From Oleidesulfovibrio sp. (GTDB lineage Bacteria; Desulfobacterota; Desulfovibrionia; Desulfovibrionales; Desulfovibrionaceae): a stretch of DNA of 24,000 nt. Location: positions 1,407-25,406 of the forward strand of contig NZ_JBKEBF010000041.1 in the NCBI RefSeq assembly GCF_047973035.1. The letters are read 5' to 3'. Positions 1-8,205 of this stretch are shown piece by piece. The translations under genes and the position numbers were made by a program. The stretch's first letter is position 1. Each line of letters begins with the position of its first letter. A model generated the notes under the pieces. It was not told where the DNA came from. It searched no databases and was given only the letters and a program-made list of their open reading frames with translations.

Positions 1-301
<301 letters not shown>

Positions 302-563
302 TTACGATACGCCTTTGCAGACAAAAGCGTTGTTAACCGAAGTCAGCAAGCGTATCTCACTGCTTCGTCAGTAAATATGAAAAAACGGCGAACGCTTTGT
401 CCGCCTGAATAATAGTACCAGCTTCGGGCTATCGCGCCCGCGCCTTTAAGTACGTGCTTACCAGTATCGTGTCAAACCACACCGGTAGCAACAGCGAAGG
501 CACAGATTTGCTGTGCCTCCGGATTATCCTCTCATAACAGGCCACTGCGGCAGCCGCAGAATA

Positions 564-1445
564 CTACAGCAGAGTGACAGTATTTTTGCGTTGCCAGTCC
601 ACCGGATGATACGTCAGCTTGGCCTTACGCAAACCTTCGTCACCCAGATCCTGCTCACGGTTGATATACGTAAAGCCCTGTCCTTCGCGCTCGACAAAAA
701 TCTGATTAATGGCCTGATACACGCCGCGGTATTCCGAACGGGCTTTTTCAAAATGTACAACCATGGTGTCGTCGGAGAGAGGCTCTCCCACAGTGTACGC
801 CACCATTAAGCCGTCCACGTACAGCGCACCGCCGATAAGGTCCGGGATGGTATCCCAGTATTCAAGAACGCGGATAACAGCTTCATTTTCTGCCAGCAGC
901 GACTCTGACTCTTCGCACTCGCGCGACAGGCACCACTCTTCCTGCAGTTGCAGAACGGCCTCTATGCAATCCGCAGTCATGGGGTGATACTGCCAGTCGT
1001 ACTTCTTTTTAAACTGATTTACGTGATTTTTCTTTTTATGAAACGTGTTCCCGGACAGTTTAGCCAGGTCTTCCGAAAGGTACAGATAATCCCACTGGTC
1101 GCGTGCTTCCTGCACCTCGATGCGGTCGCCCAGCGCCTGCTGCCACAGCTCTGAAAGCTGCTCCGGCACACGAATAAACTGCCTGCCAGATGTCATCATC
1201 GGGCACTTTGACCAGTCTGCCACAGCGCTCCAGTCTCCTACCGGCGCCCAATAGCGAACGTCCGGTCTGGTCTGCCGTATCCAGAATAGATTTGGCGTCC
1301 TGCCCAGTTCAATGCCGTATTCTTGCGCCCATCCCCACAGATTGGAAAAACTGTAATCAGAAGCTCTGGACGGTGTACGTGAAAAAAACTCAAGGTACTC
1401 CGCCATCACATCCATGCTGATGGGCTTAAATTCCACTGCGCACAT
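564..1445 (-). CDS. DUF2156 family protein (similar to the C-terminal domain of lysyl-phosphatidylglycerol synthase, acyltransferase-like fold)
   Basis: 293-aa ORF. The pattern ...SDYSFSNLWGWAQEY...WDYLYLSEDLAKLSGNTFHKKKNHVNQFKKKYDWQYHPM... matches what I recall for stand-alone DUF2156 proteins. A strong SD (GAGGGGG) lies about 9 nt upstream of ATG 1445. The ORF overlaps the 3' end of the MATE gene by 20 nt. Confidence 0.75.
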   Translation of the reverse strand: MCAVEFKPISMDVMAEYLEFFSRTPSRASDYSFSNLWGWAQEYGIELGRTPNLFWIRQTRPDVRYWAPVGDWSAVADWSKCPMMTSGRQFIRVPEQLSELWQQALGDRIEVQEARDQWDYLYLSEDLAKLSGNTFHKKKNHVNQFKKKYDWQYHPMTADCIEAVLQLQEEWCLSRECEESESLLAENEAVIRVLEYWDTIPDLIGGALYVDGLMVAYTVGEPLSDDTMVVHFEKARSEYRGVYQAINQIFVEREGQGFTYINREQDLGDEGLRKAKLTYHPVDWQRKNTVTLL

Positions 1446-2919
1446 TACTTTTTACCCCCTCAAGAGACGACCCTGCAGACGCTCCCGCTGGATTATTTCT
1501 GTTTCCGTTACGCTTGATCATACTGAACCGGCTCCAGTCGTGGTACATGAACAACCAGAACATGGTACCGGACTGGAACACCTGTGAAATCAGCATGGCA
1601 ATGAAAACGCCTTCCGAATCACCCCATACCTGATGCCCCATAACGTATGCCACGGGCAGACGCACCAGCCATGTAGCAGAGCTGTACACAATAAAGGTAT
1701 ACAGCGTTGCTCCGGCACCGGTCATAATACCGCCCAAAGTCATACTGGCAACAGTAAAGGGAATGGAAACAAGATTATACTTTAAATACACAGCCGCCTG
1801 CGCCTGCACAGCAGGAGCCGGCGACAGAACGGCACAAATTTCGGGCACAAAAGGCCACATGAACATGGCAACAACAGTAAGCGAGCCACAGGCCATCAGC
1901 AGAATACGCAGACCGACCCGCTTTGCCTCGGCCTTTTGTCCTGCCCCCAGAAAATGCCCCACAAGAATGCTGGCCGTCATGTTGAATGCAAACGCCGGTA
2001 AAAACAGCAACGACTCGATGCGCATCCCCGCAGTCATACCGGCCAGCGCGTCAATACTGCCAAAAGGCAGTGAGGCCGTAATGGCAAACAAGACCAGATA
2101 GCCAGCCTGCCACATCACCTGCATGCCCCCCGCAGGAAGCGCCACCTTTATAAGGTACGGAGCAGCACAACGTGCCCAGCGCCACGGCGCAAGCGAATCC
2201 CGCCGCAACAGCCCCTTACGCAGCAGCATGATAACGTTGAACAAGGCCCCTGCAGAAACCGAGAAAAATGTCGCCCACGCAACACCCGCGTAGCCCATTT
2301 CCGGAAAACCCCACCAGCCAAGACCAAGGCCGAAATCCGCCACGGTATTCACCAGACTGACCAACATCATACAGCCAAGCGGCACAAGCACCATTTTGCG
2401 CGCCCGAAACACCGCATTGGTAATATTAAGCATGTAGTACATGGGCAGCACATACAGGTACACGTCGAAAAAGTATGACGTAATCGGCCGTATACGCTCC
2501 GGCACCTGCAGCAGGTTCAGAAACGGCTCTTTAAACAAAAAGCCGCCAGCCAGCACGACCACGCCCATTACCATGCCAAGTGCCAGAACAAGCGCCACAT
2601 ACCGGCGCGCCCTTCTGTACAATCCGGCACCGGCCGACTGGCCAATAGCCGCCACCGAACCGTTGGCCACGGCTATGGCAACCACAAGCAGAAAAAACAG
2701 GCACTGTGTGATAATGCCCAGCGATGCCTGTACATCCTGATGAATTTTACCGGCAACCCATACGTCTACAAACCCGATGATGAAGTGAAAAAACATCATC
2801 ACCATCTGCGGCCACGCAAGGCTGAAAATAGCAGTATCTGAACCGGAATCCGCCTGCTTCAGTGAGGAATCACTTGCCTCAGCGGCGGTATTCGCGTTTT
2901 TAGAATCTTTTAACATCAT
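1426..2919 (-). CDS. MATE family multidrug/toxin efflux transporter
   Basis: Long polytopic membrane ORF with about 12 hydrophobic segments and MATE-like repeats (e.g. ...AIGQSAGAG...YRRARRY..., ...LGHFLGAGQKAEAKR...). The track ORF starts at 2976. I prefer the ATGATG start at 2917-2919 (MMLKDSK...), so the start is uncertain by 19 codons. Confidence 0.85.
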   Translation of the reverse strand: MMLKDSKNANTAAEASDSSLKQADSGSDTAIFSLAWPQMVMMFFHFIIGFVDVWVAGKIHQDVQASLGIITQCLFFLLVVAIAVANGSVAAIGQSAGAGLYRRARRYVALVLALGMVMGVVVLAGGFLFKEPFLNLLQVPERIRPITSYFFDVYLYVLPMYYMLNITNAVFRARKMVLVPLGCMMLVSLVNTVADFGLGLGWWGFPEMGYAGVAWATFFSVSAGALFNVIMLLRKGLLRRDSLAPWRWARCAAPYLIKVALPAGGMQVMWQAGYLVLFAITASLPFGSIDALAGMTAGMRIESLLFLPAFAFNMTASILVGHFLGAGQKAEAKRVGLRILLMACGSLTVVAMFMWPFVPEICAVLSPAPAVQAQAAVYLKYNLVSIPFTVASMTLGGIMTGAGATLYTFIVYSSATWLVRLPVAYVMGHQVWGDSEGVFIAMLISQVFQSGTMFWLFMYHDWSRFSMIKRNGNRNNPAGASAGSSLEGVKSNVRSGI

Positions 2920-3073
2920 CAAACCTGCCTTGCAGGGAAACGTGTGAACCTGCTGAAAATACGATATATATCGCATACAGGTTTCACTATGAACGGGGTA
3001 CTATGCATCACCTGTCAGGTCGGGTCAACGCACCTGCAGGTAACTACCGCTTGCATCACACAACTTGTCGTTA

Positions 3074-3093
3074 TACAGAATATGTACAGAATA
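3074..3093 (+). repeat. tandem direct repeat TACAGAATA-TG-TACAGAATA just upstream of the small RHH-like gene
   Basis: TACAGAATA occurs at 3074-3082 and again at 3085-3093 (11-nt period). The repeat ends 27 nt before ATG 3121. Possible operator or promoter element. Confidence 0.4.
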
Positions 3094-3120
3094 CGTTCAT
3101 TTTTATTTCAGGAGGCGCGT

Positions 3121-3453
3121 ATGCATATTTTTAAAGACGAAAAAGAAACCAAGCGCGTCATATTCAATATTGATGCGCGCATTGCCCTGCGGCTTGAGCG
3201 TGCAAAGCGAAAAGCGCGTAAGCATGCAAGAAAGTTGAACGTAGACGAAGCCGTTGACGCGGCTCTTGCTGCATTTCTGGCCGAAGCAGAACGCAGGCTG
3301 GACACGATGGATCAGGAGCACAAGAATAGCAATTCGGATTCCGGCCCCATTATTATGGGTCCCGCTGCCAGCGACGACACTGTAACAGGCGATACCTCGG
3401 CAGTAGCAGTGCGCCGCAGCATGGTTCCAGATCAGAAAAAAGTCGCACGCTGA
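3121..3453 (+). CDS. small hypothetical protein, possible ribbon-helix-helix DNA-binding fold with a disordered C-terminal tail
   Basis: ATG 3121 follows a canonical SD (AGGAGG, 5-nt spacer). The N-terminus KRVIFNIDARIALRLERAKRKA...NVDEAVDAALAAFLAEAERRL fits a strand-helix-helix pattern. The track ORF (2944..3453) extends upstream, but that extension has no SD. Confidence 0.5.
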   Translation: MHIFKDEKETKRVIFNIDARIALRLERAKRKARKHARKLNVDEAVDAALAAFLAEAERRLDTMDQEHKNSNSDSGPIIMGPAASDDTVTGDTSAVAVRRSMVPDQKKVAR

Positions 3454-3549
3454 AAGACAGCAGTATCCTTACAAAAAAACAAGAAGTCCCCCATTCTGCT
3501 TGACTAGCGAGAGTCAAAGCGATATTTCCAATATATTAACGCAGTTCTA

Positions 3550-3558
3550 TGATATAAT
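3550..3558 (+). promoter_or_regulatory. candidate extended -10 promoter element (TGaTATAAT)
   Basis: The sequence TG-a-TATAAT at 3550-3558 lies in the AT-rich spacer upstream of the glycosyltransferase gene. There is no good -35 hexamer. It would give a leader of about 215 nt. Confidence 0.3.
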
Positions 3559-3781
3559 ATTTAGTTTGTTGTTGGTATATAAAATTCGCGCTGCCCCAAA
3601 TATTGCACCTGACATTGCAACAATTTACTGTATTCCCTTTTTACTATTATATCGTTACCAAAATTCGTGTTTTTTTCTAAAAACGGCCTCACTATAACAC
3701 TGCACAGTCTATTTTTTGCATCAAGTGATAACAGTGGGGATTCTAATCTATTGCAGGGCCAGCCTGCCTCATTATCACACT

Positions 3782-5140
3782 ATGCAAAAAACACTCGCTA
3801 CAGTACATTTCCTGCCTCTGCCGTACAAACCGTTCATCACTGCCAGTGTAGTCATTGCTGCTTGCCTCCTCTATTTCATGCATGCTGGTGATGGTTCGCT
3901 CAAGGCATGGGATGAAGCATTGACGGCAATTCGGTCATACGAAATGGCCACAAATAACTTGTTCCCAACGACGACAATGCTCGGCCAGCCAGATTTCAAT
4001 AAGCCGCCTCTTTATTACCTTCTCACCTCATTTGTCATAGATGCCATTGGAATCAACAACCTTTCTGTCCGCCTTGTATCCATTGTCATGGCTATCCTGA
4101 CCCAAATATTCATCTTCAAGATTGTATGCAACCACACAAAATGCTATTCTTTACGGTTGTTTTCCGTAACTTTACTCTTGTTCAATGCACACTGGATGGA
4201 TCACGTACGAATGGGTCTTTTGGAATCTGGAGTAGCGATGAGCATGTTTTCCGCAATTTATGTTGCGGGCCACAATACGTTGAGAACAAAAATGAAACCC
4301 TTCTATATCGGGGTGTTGCTCGGCTTCGGCTGCCTTGTTAAGCAGCCGGGAGTATTGCTGGCGCTACTCCCCATTGCCTTGACCATGCGTGAACACAATA
4401 GGAATACATGGATTGCTTCTACTATACGTGCGGCAGCAATCGCACTCGCTATTTATTTTGCATGGCTGGGACATCAAATGTTGATGTGGGGCGACAAGTT
4501 CTTTGACTATTACATTGATTACAATGTTATTAAAAGGTTTGGCGAAGGAATAGAAGGCCATGCCACAAAAATATCATACTATGTAGATAGACTGTTCATG
4601 AAGGCCCCTGTTACAGGAGTACTCTTTTTTATAAGCCTTCCATGGTGCTTGAGGGATTTCCTAAAAAGCAAGCGGCTCAACACTCCTTGCATATTTCTCC
4701 TCACCTACACCATTGTATTTATCACACTGCATTTCCTTGCAAGCAAACGCGAACCATACCTTATTTCACTCTATCCATTCCTTGCGTTGGCTTTCCCCCT
4801 TAGTATTGCACGTTGTAACCTCTCGCCAAGGGTTATATCCTACATTGTCATTTTTCTTACCAGTGCCCAAATAGCCTTTTTCATCCCACGTTTTGACGTT
4901 GTCCCTGACTACTCTCGCAATGAAAAAGAAGCCTTTTCTGCTGCCAAACAGATTTCTCCTGATGTTATAGGGATAGAAGGGATGCAAGCACCTTTAGCAG
5001 CCTACTATGGCTTCACAATGCACACACGCATCACTTTAAAAAATGAATGCATCTCAAATAGCCGTAATTGCAATGCGATCATCTTTCCTAGCAAACAGCC
5101 GCAACCAGAGGGTTTTGAAAACGCATTCAATAATTCATAA
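3782..5140 (+). CDS. ArnT/PMT-family (GT-C fold) membrane glycosyltransferase that uses a polyprenyl-phosphate-sugar donor
   Basis: Polytopic membrane ORF. The first-loop signature WDEALTAIRSYEMATNNLFPTTTMLGQPDFNKPPLYYLL matches the DE...EM...KPPL.Y pattern of the ArnT/PMT_2 families. The start is uncertain: ATG 3782 is preferred, and the track gives TTG 3716. Neither has a clear SD. Confidence 0.7.
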   Translation: MQKTLATVHFLPLPYKPFITASVVIAACLLYFMHAGDGSLKAWDEALTAIRSYEMATNNLFPTTTMLGQPDFNKPPLYYLLTSFVIDAIGINNLSVRLVSIVMAILTQIFIFKIVCNHTKCYSLRLFSVTLLLFNAHWMDHVRMGLLESGVAMSMFSAIYVAGHNTLRTKMKPFYIGVLLGFGCLVKQPGVLLALLPIALTMREHNRNTWIASTIRAAAIALAIYFAWLGHQMLMWGDKFFDYYIDYNVIKRFGEGIEGHATKISYYVDRLFMKAPVTGVLFFISLPWCLRDFLKSKRLNTPCIFLLTYTIVFITLHFLASKREPYLISLYPFLALAFPLSIARCNLSPRVISYIVIFLTSAQIAFFIPRFDVVPDYSRNEKEAFSAAKQISPDVIGIEGMQAPLAAYYGFTMHTRITLKNECISNSRNCNAIIFPSKQPQPEGFENAFNNS

Positions 5141-5938
5141 TTTAATGTTGCCTCCCGTAAACAGTAACATCTGCTAAGTATTAACAGCTCACCACTGCTA
5201 ACGATATTGCATCTATGCATCTAAAAAAATGTCCCTCGACACATCCTGTGAAGGTTTAGGGCGTCCGCCAAACCAAATTTGCGCCCGCAGATTCCAACAC
5301 TGGTGCAAAGACAGGATAGCCCAAACGCATTCTGACTACCCTAGCCGCTGATCTGGCGAGAGGGTAGTTTTACCGACGCAGGCATTCACTGTTACAAAAA
5401 AAGAGTGGAGCAGTGGACAAAAGTAAGATTTGCAGCGACGAACACTCAGGCCTCCCGCCCATGCACATGACCAGCACTTCGCCGCATGAAAAGTTCCTGA
5501 TCGAATAAGCGCCCGACTCCAGATACACCAACTAGCCCCAAGCCGATTGTTGACAAAGCACACGGCAGCAATGGTTTTGATGGTCGTCTTCGTTAGGTCT
5601 GGAGAATCGAGAAAACCGTTCCACATTGTGCAAGGAGAAAACGGACAAAAATCAGGACGGGCGAAAAGAGTGGTGTAAGTTACATATCTTTTCAGGTGTT
5701 GTAGAATTGCAGCCGGTTGATGTTGCACTATGAGTATCATGATAAAAACTTCCTGCTTTCCTGCAACCTAGGTGTATTGACTTCCCGCATCAAGTTGTTA
5801 CCGTGCCGCCCATGTACTAGTTCCTCTTGCGCCGGCAGCACAAGAGCTGCCTCATGCGCCTCTTTTTTTCTGACTATATACCACGCGCTACCTTCGTAGT
5901 GTGGTCTTTTGTTTTGTAAAAAAGAACGAGGAGCAAAC

Positions 5939-6781
5939 ATGCACCTTTCTGAATTTCCCCTTATTTCTTCCGTACCCCCTGAAGCCTCTGAACTGTGGAA
6001 CGAAGGCTACAAAATTCCTTGGAACGATCCGGCCTTCAGCGAACGCATGCTGCAGGAGCACCTTTCTCAGGACCATGAACTTGCGTCACGCAGCATCGGT
6101 ACTATTCAAGGCCAGACAGACTGGCTTACGCAACATGGCGGCATTGGCGCAGAGTCATCCATTCTTGACCTCGGCTGCGGTCCCGGACTGTACGCAACGC
6201 CCCTTACCGCCAGCGGGGCATCCTATACCGGCATAGACTTCGGCCCTGCAACCATACGCTACGCGCAGGAACGGTTTGCAGTCGTCTCGAATGCCGAATT
6301 CAAGCTTGGCGACATTGTCCACACCGACTACGGCAATCACTATTCACACATTATTCAGCTGTATGGAGAGATTAATGTCTTTTCAGAAAATGAATGCCGG
6401 ACAATTTTTGCCAAGGCACACGAGGCCCTGCAATCCGGCGGGACATTCTATGTAGAGATTCAGACAGAAGAATCCGTCCGGGCTTCTGTCCCTGCATGCA
6501 GCTGGTACAGTGCAGAACAAGGACTTTTTATGCCCGCGCCCCACATCTGCTTATCACAGAGTTTCTGGTACGAAACAGAAATGACGGCGCTTCAGCTGTT
6601 TCACATCATTGATACAAATTCCGGTGAGGTGACTACATATAAAAGCACTACCCGCGCATGGCCGGAGGCAACGATCATCTCATTGCTGAAGAACGCTGGT
6701 TTTACTCAAATCACACTGCACCCGCATTGGCCCTCTGGCAATCCGGCACTTCAACTTTTTTCAGCCCGCCGTCCTGCCTAG
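5939..6781 (+). CDS. class I SAM-dependent methyltransferase
   Basis: Motif I ILDLGCGPGLYATPL followed by YTGIDFGP. ATG 5939 is preceded by a GAGGAG SD. The track start at 5909 lacks an SD. Confidence 0.85.
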   Translation: MHLSEFPLISSVPPEASELWNEGYKIPWNDPAFSERMLQEHLSQDHELASRSIGTIQGQTDWLTQHGGIGAESSILDLGCGPGLYATPLTASGASYTGIDFGPATIRYAQERFAVVSNAEFKLGDIVHTDYGNHYSHIIQLYGEINVFSENECRTIFAKAHEALQSGGTFYVEIQTEESVRASVPACSWYSAEQGLFMPAPHICLSQSFWYETEMTALQLFHIIDTNSGEVTTYKSTTRAWPEATIISLLKNAGFTQITLHPHWPSGNPALQLFSARRPA

Positions 6782-6812
6782 CACAATCCGCACCCTTACC
6801 AAACGAAAAAAC

Positions 6813-6839
6813 AAAGGCCCGATACACCCGGGCCTTTTT
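6813..6839. terminator. bidirectional rho-independent terminator between the convergent methyltransferase gene and SBP pseudogene
   Basis: AAAGGCCCG (6813-6821) pairs with CGGGCCTTT (6829-6837) around a 7-nt loop. A T-run follows on the + strand and an A-run precedes it, which gives a T-run on the - strand. Confidence 0.65.
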
Positions 6840-6951
6840 ACTTAGTAAATTAACGTAGCTAAAGTTTATGACAGCGCGCCTTGCCCCCTTGCCTCACAGG
6901 ATCGGACAATGCCCATTAGACTATATGCCGCACCCGCCTTTATCGTCTGAA

Positions 6952-7821
6952 TTAAGGTTCAGACGGAATCACATCTGTCCACGTCGCATATTCCGGCACT
7001 ATGAAGCCTGCATAAACAAAAGCCTGCCGGATTTGATCTACCGGTTTCTGGCGCATGTCGGTAATATATCCGTTCAGAACATCTACCAGCGATTTGTAAT
7101 GCGGGGAAACTGCAAACATTCTTTCTCCGACAAAGCTCGCCTTTACGCCAGGAATACGTATCAGCCTGCCACCGATTCTGGTCACCAGTTGCTCGCCCAG
7201 ATAGGAAAAAGTAAAATCTGCTCTCCCCTCTTCAATGACTTTTGCAATCAGGTCCCGCGTGGCTACCAGCATAATCTTTTTGGCCCAAGCGCTTCCATGG
7301 TGCGGATATCGCCAAGCCAGCTCTGCACCACGACACCTGCTAACTTTGTAAAGTCTGTTCTGCTGCATGACGTTAGGATGTCCGTACGATTTTCTGTTGT
7401 AAACAGGCCAACCTCAAACTCACCCTGCCGGATACAGGCACCGTCCGCAGCAGCTCAGGATTTTTATCCAATGCAATATCAACAAAAGAATTTCCCAAAA
7501 CAGCCACTTCGCCTTTACGAAGCATTTCCCGCCCGCGAACAGTATTCGGAAAAGGTACAAGGCGCAGGGAGTCTGCAGCTCCACTGGAGAATATCGCATT
7601 ACACAATACAACAAGATCCATGGATATCCTTTGGATTTTCTCCAGCTTGGGTGCATCAAGCTGCGGGCACAAATCCGCTGACAGAGTATCCGTCAGCCCT
7701 TCCTCAAATCCCAATCCAAGCCGCTATTTTTATTATTAAAATGTACCCCGACCGTAAGACTTCCGGCGTTGCTAAACGCTGGAAGCATAGTCACCAAAAG
7801 CAGTACAATAAAAATACGCAC
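6952..7821 (-). pseudogene. periplasmic solute-binding protein (family-3/SBP_bac_3-like) disrupted by two frameshifts
   Basis: Three consecutive minus-strand reading frames together span about 290 codons. (1) 7821 down to 7693 starts at GTG with a GGTGA SD and encodes a signal peptide, RIFIVLLLVTMLPAFSNA|GSLTVGV... (2) 7714-7373 encodes ...GEVAVLGNSFVDIALDKNPELL... (3) 7368-6952 encodes ...KIMLVATRDLIAKVIEEGRADFTFSYLGEQL... The frame changes lie near A-runs at about 7700-7715 and 7370-7385. The family assignment is by eye only. Confidence 0.5.
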
Positions 7822-8205
7822 ATATTCACCATCGCTTAGCCAACCAATAAGCAAGCATTTAATGATGTTACACGGCAATTTGGCAGAAGAGTATGATTAC
7901 TTTTTCAATCCAGTTCCGATAGAACTCTCTGAGCTGCCAACGTTGCGCTTAGCACTTTAAAAAAACTCAAACCTCAAATTCTTACAAAGGGATGGTAAAA
8001 AAATAAATTACGTGCATAAAAAAGAAGCATACACTCTCAAACAGGAGTCTTGCCACACAAGACAAAGCGAGTAAAAAGGAGTACCCACATTGCCAGACAC
8101 TTTTTTAATTATATATTCCATCCGCCTTACAACGACAGGCATCTTTAGCTAACAACTGAAAAACAAACTAACACCTGTAAAATGAAGCACTTGGGGTGGG
8201 GCAGC

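Noticed and set aside
499-559. Two small hairpins (GGCACAG-atttg-CTGTGCC at 499-517, CTGCGG-cag-CCGCAG at 545-559) after the DUF2156 stop as terminators
   Set aside because: The stems are only 6-7 bp and no T-tract follows on the minus strand. They may be weak or rho-dependent termination signals, but the sequence alone does not support a call.
5336-5740. 134-aa minus-strand ORF as a gene
   Set aside because: It has no recognisable family and no clear SD, and its Cys/Trp-rich composition is unusual. I kept it only as part of a finding and did not call it as a feature.
5939-6781. The SAM-dependent methyltransferase as a possible BioC (malonyl-ACP O-methyltransferase) that would complete a classical BioC/BioH pathway
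   Set aside because: It lies more than 5 kb from the bio operon. An MCP gene, a pseudogene and birA separate them, and it has its own SD and terminator. Its long N-terminal segment (ELWNEGYKIPWNDPAFSERMLQEHLSQDHELASRS...) does not resemble the BioC I remember. Only the generic motif I is shared. No BioH-type esterase is nearby. A profile search would settle it.
6868-7839. 323-aa plus-strand ORF as a real protein-coding gene
   Set aside because: The translation is compositionally odd (rich in Pro/Ser/Gln/Arg/Cys/His), has no motifs and has no SD. The opposite strand encodes recognisable binding-protein fragments with a signal peptide. I treat it as an antisense shadow ORF.
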